Shown here: one piece after another, positions 54,675 to 64,000 of the stretch
Layout: the number at the start of each line of letters is the position of its first letter
Position numbering within the stretch: position 1 is the stretch's first letter
Assembly: GCA_951406725.2 (NCBI GenBank)
Contig: OX597815.1
Span: forward strand, 179,862,001-179,926,000
Direction of reading: 5' to 3'
Source: Octopus vulgaris
Taxonomy: Eukaryota
Length of the DNA: 64,000 nt
Program-made: the position numbers and the translations under genes
The notes under the pieces: model-generated
What the model was told of the DNA's origin: nothing
Databases searched by the model: none
Seen by the model: only the letters and a program-made list of their open reading frames with translations

Positions 54675-54764
54675 CTTATTCTCATCAAAGACATTGAAGA
54701 CAAATGCAGCGAATTTGCTAGGATCACCAAATGGGAAGAACTGACGATATATTTTTGTAAATCC
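54675..54764 (-). CDS. NCS1: NCS-1/frequenin (aplycalcin-type) coding exon, 90 nt: [30 protein letters not shown] (end of EF1, first half of EF2)
   Basis: Manual translation matches the NCS-1 motif [30 protein letters not shown]. Acceptor TTTGTTTACAG (54765-6), donor GTAAG (54674-3). Phase 0/0. Confidence 0.96.
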
Positions 54765-55809
54765 CTGTAAACAAACAAACAGAAAGGAAATGTCAAAACT
54801 CCAGTTCTAGTGGATTTTGAAATGCATTTCTTACCCAAAAATTCCAGTCAAGAAAAGAAAAGTTAAAAACCAATGTATTTTATAGCTGAAAGAAATAACG
54901 AATTTTTAAAAAATTTAAAACATAGTCATAAATTCCTTAAATTGATAAATGGAAGTTTATGGAATTGAATCCAGTAGAACAGATTCAAGAGGGTCCAGAA
55001 AGAAAGCTGATTCCAGTAGTATTTAAATTTAGACTCTCCTTCCTTGTTAGTCCAGTATTCTACTATTTTCTATGGCGGCAAGCTGGCAGAATCGTTAGCA
55101 TGCCCGGGCGAAATGCTTAGCTGTATTTCATTTGTCTTTACGTTCTGAGTTCAAATTCTGCCGAGGTCAAATTTGCCTTCCATTTTTTCGGGTCGATAAA
55201 CTAAGTACCAGTTGCATACTGGGGTTGATCTAATAGACTGGGCACCCACCCCAAAAATTTTGGGCCTTGTGCCTAGAGTAGAAAAGAATATTGTATTATT
55301 TCTGCTACAGTGAAGGCACATGGCTTGGTGTTAGAATATTCAACTCACAATCATAAGGGCTTGAGTTCAATTCCTGGCAGTGTGCTGTGTCCTTGGGCAA
55401 GATGCTTTATTTCATATTTATCCTGTCCACCCAGTTGAAAAGAGTGTGTAGTAACTGTAGTTGAAAGCGAGGGTACACTGCAAATGTCAAATAGCTTTGT
55501 TGAAGTTTATCATCCCTACAGCAAATACTGATGAAAATGACCAACAGGGTAGCAGAGAGTACCCTCTTCCTTCCACTAACTCATATACTACCACCATCTA
55601 GGACACAGCAGTCACCATTTGCAGTGAGTTCATATCATACTATGACACTAAGATCTTATTTATTCGCTAAGGTATTCCCTGATATTTCTTTTTTCTTATG
55701 TATGCATACTTTTGTACTGCATGGCACCTTGGGCAAGACTCTTCTACTATAATCTCAGGCCAACCTAAGCCTTGTGAGTAGATTTGGTAGATGGAAACTG
55801 AAAGAAGCC

Positions 55810-55861
<52 letters not shown>

Positions 55862-55995
55862 AGAGTTTACTAAAAAAACAAAAGATGAAGACAGGTGGTG
55901 TACAAAACAAACAGATGTATTAGTATAACGCTCAGGAATAGAAAAAGTCTTTTACGTTTCGAGCCTATATATATATATATATACATACATACATA

Positions 55996-56208
55996 CAGGG
56001 TGGCCCAAAAGTAGGTTTACAGTTATTCTCTTTCACATTAACAGTTTAGATCTTAATTATAAAAAAACTATTATTCTATGCAAATTTAGTTAATTTTGTC
56101 AAGATCCCTTTTCAGTTTGTAAGACAGAAATTTAAATGTAATAAAATGCTTTAAAAGAAATTTCAAGTGCCTACCTGATAACTGTAAACCTACTTTTGGG
56201 CCACCCTG
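55996..56208. mobile_element. Tc1/mariner MITE
   Basis: Perfect 31-bp TIR CAGGGTGGCCCAAAAGTAGGTTTACAGTTAT, TA on both sides. Nested in a SINE microsatellite. Confidence 0.93.
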
Positions 56209-57049
56209 TATACATAAGTATTTGTGTGTCTGTGTTTGTTACCCCACCATCACTTGACAACTGATATTAGTGTGTTTATGTCCCTGTAACTTAGCGATTT
56301 TGCAAAAGGGTCCAACAGAATAATTACTAGGCTTATAAAGAATAGGTCCAGGGGTCAATTATATTGACTAAAAAGTGGTGCTCAGTCAAAATGACTGAAA
56401 CAAGTAAAAGAATAGAAGAATGCTACACCATGTATGCTTAAAATTGATATTCTCATGCATAAACATGGATGTGTGCTTGTTATTTTTGTCATGTGTGTTG
56501 GGGGAGAAATTTTGAAAAAATTCTATCAAAACATATTCTCTCTTTTACTTGTTTCAGTCATTTAACTGTGGCCATGCTGGAGCACTGCCTTTAATCGAGC
56601 AACTCGACCCCGGGACTTATTCTTTTGTAAGCCCAGTACTTATTCTATCAGTCTCTTTTGCCGAACTGCTAAGTAACGAGGACATAAACACACCAGCATC
56701 GGTTGTCAAGCAATGCTAAGGGGACAAACACAGACATGCATATATATATATATATATATATATAAATATATATATACATACATATATATGACGAGCTTCT
56801 TTCAGTTTCCGTCTACTAAATCCACTCACAAGGTTTTGGTCGGCCTGAGGCTATAGTAGAAGACACTTGCCCAAGGTGCCACGCAGTGGGATTGATCCCG
56901 GAACCATGTGGTTGCTAAACAAGCTACTTACCACACAGCCACTCCTACGCCTATCTAAATTTAAATCATGGAAATCAACAGGAAATTAAGTTTTCTGTTA
57001 CAGATTTCCACATCATGGCAAGAATTCCGTAACTTTGGTAATGCCTGTA

Positions 57050-57350
57050 ACTTGAGACTCTGTACAAGAAACAATACCCATCTGAAGAACCTACTAGAAA
57101 CTGTACATGGATTCAGTGAAGATATTGAAAAGAGTTTAAGATCAAACGACTTTACCGAAGAAGAGGGGTAAATTTAAACTCCAAATATTAAGGAAGATTT
57201 AGACATTGAAATCATGGAATTAGAAAAATATTTTGAAGTAAATGAAACTGATAAGATATGACATGAAGGAGAAAAAGAGTGTATATGAGAGTCAAAATCA
57301 AACTCAATGCCAGGAAGGTTATGGTTAAAAATACACTAATAGAACTATTA
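57050..57350 (+). pseudogene. Decayed non-LTR retrotransposon RT fragment (R4/Dong-like)
   Basis: LRLCTRNNTHLKNLLETVHGFSEDIEKSL resembles the post-YMDD segment LKLYAKN..L..LL.TV..FS.DIGM.FG. Downstream frames are broken. Confidence 0.55.
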
Positions 57351-58538
57351 ATTTAATCTTTTATCTTTTACTTGTTTCAGTCATTAGAGTGTGGCCATGC
57401 TGGGGCACCACCTTGAAGAATGTTTAGTTGAATGAATTGACCCCCCCCCCACCACCACCCCAGGAATTTTGTTTTTTAAATCTGGTATTTATTCTTACTT
57501 CTTTATTGCCCACAAGGGGCTAAACACAGGGGGGACAAACAAGGACAGACAAAGGGATTAAGTCGATTACATAGACCCCCCCAGTGTGTAACTGGTACTT
57601 ATTTAATCGACCCTGAAAGGATGAAAGGCAAAGCTGACCTCAGTGGAATTTGAACTCAGAACATAACGGCAGATGAAGTACCGCTAAGTATTTTGCTGGG
57701 CGTGCTAATGTTTCTGCTAGCTCGACGTCTGGTATTTATTCTCTCATTCCCTTTTGATGAACTGCTAAGTTACAGGGATGTAACCACACAAATACTCGTT
57801 GTCAAGCAGCAGTGGGGGACAAACATGGACACAAAGATGTACATGTGTGAGGCCTTAAATTTTGTTACACACATGCACATATATTTTTTTGTTTCAGTCA
57901 TGTGACTGCGGCCATGCTGGAACACCACCTTTAGTCAAACAAATCAACTCCAGGACTTATTCTTTGTAAGCCTAGCACTTATTCTATCAGTATCTTTTGC
58001 TGAACTGCTAAGTTACAGGGACGTAAACACACCAGCATCGGTTGTCAAGCGATGGTGGGAGACAAACACACACACATATATATATGACGGGCTTCTTTCA
58101 GTTTCCATCTATCAAATCCACTCACAAGGCTTTGGGTCAGCCCGAGGCCATAATAGAAGACACTTGTCTAAGGTGCCATGCAGTGGGACTGAACCCGGAA
58201 CCATGTGGTTCGTAAGCAAGCTACTTACCATACAGCCATTCCTATGTCTATTTTGCCATGTTTCTATATCCCTGCCCCTGGATGAGACACTGGTCCATCA
58301 TAGGATTAATAATTTTTGAGTGGACTGGAGCAACATGAAATGAAGTGATGTTGCAAGTGCTGTTCATGGTGGTGGGTTGGCAGGATCATTAAAGCTAGCT
58401 TCAGCTGGATTTGAAACTGCAGCTCAGAAGGCTGAAACAAACACTGCAAAACTATTTTGTTATACATTCTCATGAGACTGCTCATTTAAGTGGCACCGAC
58501 ACACTGAAAGAAGCCCATTGTATATATATATATATATA

Positions 58539-58709
58539 GGCACAGGAGTGGCTGTGTGGTAAGTAGCTTGCTAACCAACCACATGGTTCCGGGTTCAGTC
58601 CCACTGCGTGGCATCTTGGTCAAGTGTCTTCTGCTATAGCCTCGGACCGACCAATGCCTTGTGAGTGAATTTGGTAGACGGAAACTGAAAGAAGCCTGTC
58701 GTATATATG

Positions 58710-58748
<39 letters not shown>

Positions 58749-59148
58749 ATGTCTGTGTTTGTCCCCCTAGCATTGCTTGACAACTGATGCTGGTGTGTTT
58801 ACATCCCTGTCACTTAGCGGTTCGGCAAAAGAGACCGATAGAATAAGTACTGGGCTTACAAAGAATAAGTCCCGGGGTCGATTTGCTCGACTAAAGGCAG
58901 TGCTCCAGCATGGCCGCAGTCAAATGACTGAAACAAGTAGAAGAGTGTGTGTGTGTGTCCAACATCACTTGACAACTGATGCTGGTGTGTTTACATCCCT
59001 GTCACTTAGCGGTTCGGCAAAAGAGACCGATAGAATAAGTACTAGGCTTACAAAGAATAAGTTCTGGGGTTGATTTGCTCAACTAAGAGGCTGTGCTCCA
59101 GCATGGCCACAGTCAAATGACTGAAACAAGTAAAAGAGTAAAAGAGTA
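58539..59148 (+). mobile_element. SINE-A with tandemly duplicated 3' half
   Basis: 58776-58945 is repeated at 58968-59140. Confidence 0.88.
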
Positions 59149-59909
59149 ATCCTGAAAACTGGTTGTAGGGGCCTATGGCTCGGGAAGGACCTTTCGTCCT
59201 TTTGACATATAAATGTGCAGATAGGACACAATTTGATTTTCATTCTTTTAATCAACATGTTAAACCTGCATGGCATTTATCGACAAAATCTTGCTCCAGC
59301 TAGAAATTCACCTCCCCACCACCACCACACACAGGAAAATGATTGAATGTATAAGGGAATGGTGGGGTGGCGGGGAGGGAGTCGTGTCACTTATTAAATC
59401 CATAAGTGTAAGCGTTATAAACAATATGTTGATTATGGTATACATAAAAACAAAAACGAATTGAATTCCATTACAAAACAAATGTACCTTGGATAATACA
59501 CAGCCTAATGTATTTATACATAAACGTACGCTACATGTGTGAAACATGTATGCCCAGTTCCCTATTGACTGACTCTAATCCTCAATATTTATTATATTTC
59601 TAATTATATCTAATGGCATCGTTAGATGTTGCCATTAGATATAATTAGATATAATGTTACTCAATCAGAAATGGCAATTTAAAAAACACTAATTAATCTT
59701 TCCATTCCGAGTGTAGATCATAGAAACGCATTGCCAGGATATCAATGGTTCTGAGATTTTTCCTGACCGTAATGGGAATGACTGGGATTGTTGCAGAGGA
59801 AATTTTTTTGGTTTTAATTTAAAATGCAACACAACAACTTCCTAAGCAGACCGAGTGTAGATATGAATAGCATATGGGAACTGGTATTAAAGAAGGATAT
59901 AAAGGACAT

Positions 59910-60562
59910 AAGGCAGCGAGCTGGCAGAAACGTTAGCACGCCGGGCGAAATGCTTAGCGGTATTTTGTCTGCGTTACGTTGTGAGTTCAAATTCCGCCGA
60001 GGTCGACTTTGCCTTTCATCCTTTCGGGGTCGATAAATTAAGTACCAGTTACGCACTGGGGTCGATGTAATCGACTTAATACCTATGTCTGTCCTTGTTT
60101 GTCCGCTCTGTGTTTAGCCCCTTGTGGGTAATAAAGAAATAGGTATTAAAGAAGGATAAGGCGGCAAGCTGGCAGAGTCGGTAGTACGCCGGGCGAAATG
60201 CTTAGCGGTATTTCGTTTGTTGCTACGTTCTGAGTTCAAATTCCACTGAGGTCAACTTTGCCTTTCATCCTTTTGGGGTCGATTAAATAAGTACCAGTTA
60301 CGCACTGGGGTTGATGCAATCAACTTAATCCGTTTGTCCTCTCTGTGTTTAGCCCCTTATGGGTAGTAAAGAAATAGGTATTCCGTCTGTCGTTACGTTC
60401 TGAGTTCAAATTCCGTTGAGGTCGACTTTGCCTTTCATCCTTTCGGGGTTGATTAAATAAGTACCAGTTACGCACTGGGGTCGATGTAATCGACTTAATC
60501 CGTTTGTCTGTCCTTGTTTGTCCTCTCTGTGTTTAGCTCTTTGTGGGTAGTAAAGAAATAGG
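59910..60562 (+). mobile_element. Cluster of three SINE-B
   Basis: Two full copies and one 5'-truncated copy. GGTATTAAAGAAGGATA recurs at 59883, 60142 and 60561. Confidence 0.9.
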
Positions 60563-60630
60563 TATTAAGGAAGGATAGGAAAATATTAGATTTATAAGCC
60601 CTAAAATTCACTCCATAATTACGCACGGTC

Positions 60631-60852
60631 AAATGGCATAGTGGTTAAGAGCATGAGCTACTAACCCCAAGATTCCAAGCAGTGACCTTAAAAATAATAA
60701 TAATAATATCATTGAAAAATACCTTAGGAATGAGAACCCAGGTTCAAAATTTCCTGAAGACACCCGATGAAGGCTGGAGGGTATATCAACCAAAGAGTTG
60801 TGTTAACAACAAACAAGATGAGGACAAATATCCATCTAATGTAAATAATGTA
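60631..60852 (+). mobile_element. Family F monomer (tRNA-like head, (AAT)n, degenerate hammerhead body)
   Basis: TGGCATAGTGGTTAAGAGC head. Body colinear with 24353-24605. Confidence 0.8.
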
Positions 60853-61000
60853 GAAAGTGAAGTCATAAATAATTTATGTTCGGGTCAAAGTTTAAATCCA
60901 AGGTATCACAAGCACGCAAGGGGTTTATCTTATTTACTACTGCAACTTGAGACAAAGACAACCAGGGTGAGATTTGAATACAAAAACCAAAAGGTACATA

Positions 61001-61203
61001 CAAGGGTTTACTGAAAAGTCCCTGGTTTTGGGTAAAAGAAAGTAAGTATGGGAGGTTCAGTTAATTATCATTTTATTTAACATATTCCCCCCTCTCAGTG
61101 GTCCTTCAGTTTTTCTAAGTCCTATAAAAGAACTCAAAATGTAGGGCTTCCAGTAAGGCCTTTCGCAATTCCCTTAAAGCCAGGAACTTTTGGCACCCCT
61201 TCA
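61001..61203. mobile_element. Degenerate mariner MITE
   Basis: Imperfect TIRs (CTGAAAAGTCCCTGGTTTT / AAAGCCAGGAACTTTTGG), TA flanks. Minus-strand remnant LEKLKD...GEYVK*. Confidence 0.7.
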
Positions 61204-61494
61204 TAGTTAAATCCCACAATATGTATGCTATTGTTGATCTGGCCCCTTGTGTAGTTTTTGTTTCAAGGTGGGAAATCAATTTCTATGCAAACAGCAAGTA
61301 TCTTATTTTCAGGCGACTCTTTGTCTTCCTTTTGTTTCGTTATTAATTTAATTTCATTAACGATGGCCTAAACGAATATTGGATTTTGATAATAAAAGGA
61401 TGGCCTTGCTCCGTACCTCTTTTGTTAATGGATGCGCTTAAACACTTTGTTAAAGATAAAATACAAAGAAACTCTCAAATTCAAACTGCCAGGG

Positions 61495-61518
61495 GGAGAG
61501 AGAGAGAGAGGGAGAGAA

Positions 61519-61548
<30 letters not shown>
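61495..61548. repeat. (GA)n microsatellite
   Basis: Direct reading. Confidence 0.9.
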
Positions 61549-61549
<1 letters not shown>

Positions 61550-62261
61550 ATAATGAATTTATGGAATTCAGCATTCAAAAAAATGATAAGTTAACAATGG
61601 AAAGGAGGAAATGTATAACTTGCTATGGACTACAATTACACGGATGGAATAAAAATAAATGACCATCTGGACAAAGTACATCATCATCATCATCATTATC
61701 ATTTAACGTCCGTTGTCCATGCTGGCATGGGTATATCTTTATAATCAGAAAATTTAAAAAGGAATTTTAGGATTAGAGTATTCATCATCAACATCATCGT
61801 TTAGCGTCCGCTTTCCATGCTAGCATGGGTTGGACGGTTCAACTGGGGTCTGGGAAGCCAGAAGGCTGTACCAGGCCCAGTCTGATCTGGCAATGTTTCT
61901 ACGGCTGGATGCCCTTCCTAACGCCAAAAGCTTATTAATTTGATTATTCAGTGGTGCTGTTGCAGTTGTAGTATTATTAAGTACAGATATTAAGCATTGG
62001 ACAAACACAGAACATGGTGCCAGATATTACGGTAAAATATGGCAGTCTCTGTCCATAGCCGAAAATGTGAAGGTGACTAATTAATGTTGAGTAATGAATA
62101 ATGAATGAAAGAAGACATCTAGGTTTATATGCTATAAAGATAGGAGAAATGCTTTTTTCCCAGTAAGGTGTAACTTCCAGCCGAGATAGGAATATTATTT
62201 AGAATGAAGCACTGCTACAAAGAGAACAAGAAATAAAAGAAATATGCTACCATTTTGAGAT

Positions 62262-62455
62262 AGCAGCAGTAGTATTTGTAGTAGTAATAGTAGTAGTAGT
62301 AGTGGTCATAGTTGTAGTAGCAGCAGTAGTTGTAGAAGTAGGTGTAGTAGTAGCAGTTGTAGTAACAGCAGAAGTAGTAGTAGCAGTAGTTGTTGTCCTC
62401 ATCATTGTCATCATAGTAGCAGAAGTAGTTGTAGTAGTAGTAGCAGAAGTAGTAT
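62262..62455. repeat. Degenerate (GTA)n/(GCA)n trinucleotide tract
   Basis: Direct reading. Confidence 0.85.
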
Positions 62456-62814
62456 GGGAGAATGCCCTGTATTAGTGTGGTGCTGCATCCACCATTAGTT
62501 GGTGATTCCCTACTATTCCTGGCAGATGACACCTTTGCACTGCTCAGGTGACAACACTCCAAGAATATTTTTTTTTTACATCTATCACCCCATTTTGGCC
62601 ACCCCATTATCATTCCACTTTTCTTCAACACCCCACTGGATCATTCCACTTCCCCCAAGGGTGCAGTACTGAGTGCTGCAACAACAAAGAGTGCCCCAGT
62701 CTCTATTAAGATCTGTGTTGAAAATATAGGTTGTGTAGTAGTAACAACACAAGACCGAAAGATTACTGGGAAACAAACAAGTCAAACTCTTCTGGAATTT
62801 TAATAGTCAAACAG

Positions 62815-63389
62815 GTTGTAGTTACGATACCTGTGCTGGCGGCATGTAAAAAGCACCATCCGAACGTGGCCGATGCCAGCTCCACCTTGACTGGCTTCTG
62901 TGCCAGTGACACATGACCTGCTGTGCTTGAGGAGACCTATTGAGTCAAGTACATCAACATCAAAATAAATATCAAATGGAAATTGTAGTTGTGATACCTG
63001 TGCCAGTGGGATGTAAAATGCACCATCAAAACGTGACTGATGTCAGCGCCGCCTTGACTGGCTTCTGTGCCGGTAGCATGTAAAAAGCACCATCTGAACG
63101 TGACTGATGCCAGCGCCGCCTTGACTGGCTTCTGTGCTGGTGGCATGTAAAAAGCACCATCCGAATGTGGCCGATGCCAGCACCGCCTTGACTGGCTTCT
63201 GTGCCAGTGGCACGTAAAAAGCACCCACGACACTCACAGAGTGGTTGGCGTTAGGAAGGGCATCCAGCTGTAGAAACACTGCCAGATCAAACTGGAGCCT
63301 GGTGCAGCCTCCTGGCTTCCCAGACCAAGGTCGAACTGTCCAACCCGTGCTAGCATGGAAAACGGACGTTAAAACGATAATGATGATGA
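62815..63389 (+). mobile_element. Family C copy with 67-bp tandem units
   Basis: Units start at ~63001, 63068, 63135 and 63202, followed by the conserved tail. Confidence 0.88.
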
Positions 63390-64000
63390 AACAGACTCAA
63401 CCATGAAATCTAGATGATTGGAGATGCTGGTTGTTGATAAACAAACTGGTGTTCTATAATCAACTTTGTTATTGCTGGTGATCATAATATTGTTAAAAGG
63501 AGAAAAAAAATTGACATAATTGATAACTACTTTGAACTGAAGTTAGAGCTCTCACGAATATGCAGGAGGACAAGTGAGATGCCAACAGTTGTCGGAATTC
63601 TAAGTTTAATTCGCATTCATCCTCACCCAACTGAACATAAAAACAAGAGTCAATGCTACAAATTGGTAATATTTTACGGAAAGTTCTTTCATATTTGAAT
63701 TTTCAAGCCTGATTAAAAGAAACACTTATGCTTCCAATAATCAACACATAATCTCTCTCAACAAACATGAGATGACGATGATGATGATTTCTTTATTTTA
63801 CATTATTTTATTAGAATAAATTCTTCTATAATATTGATTTCAAAATTCATCCTTTCAGAGTTGATAAATTAAGTATCAGTTGCGTACTGGAGTTGATCTA
63901 ATCGATTGGCACCCCCTCCGCAAGAATTTCGGGCCTTGTGCCTAGAGTAGAAAAGAATCCTCTAAGGTGGTGAGCTGGCAGAAACGGTAGCATGCCAAGC

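Noticed and set aside
62215-62631. 138-aa Tyr/Cys-rich ORF
   Set aside because: Driven by the (GTA)n tract. No NCS-1 5'-exon similarity or splice signals.
63001-63226. CRISPR-like repeat/spacer appearance
   Set aside because: Eukaryotic context, no cas genes, spacers are mutually homologous, and the array lies inside a dispersed LINE 3' end.
54765-64000. Missing 5' NCS-1 exons (myristoylation site, KDCPxG)
   Set aside because: No matching minus-strand segment found by eye. Very short exons could have been missed.

Overview
Eukaryotic, AT-rich, repeat-saturated genomic DNA. It is most likely from an octopod cephalopod, inferred from the SINE and LINE families and from an aplycalcin-type protein. 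The only protein-coding gene supported is on the minus strand: the last five coding exons (54764-54675, 36090-36012, 25649-25561, 23920-23843, 5328-5227; all GT-AG, frame-consistent, 145 aa + stop) of a neuronal calcium sensor-1/frequenin gene. I did not find its 5' exons, which probably lie beyond position 64000. Almost all ORFs in the supplied track are microsatellite or SINE noise. The introns are filled with tRNA-derived SINEs, 3' ends of an RTE-like LINE, hAT, mariner and piggyBac-like MITEs, and an unusual number of foldback (palindromic) elements. The most notable signal is a multi-copy, TSD-flanked element that joins a tRNA-like Pol III head to a minimal type I hammerhead-ribozyme motif (CUGAUGA / stem II / GAAACGUU) and sits as a head-to-head inverted dimer with a one-sided ~30-nt tail. 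It looks like a SINE mobilised by Penelope-like machinery. A second, unrelated foldback family carries its own hammerhead motif. Ribozyme activity is inferred from motif and pairing only.
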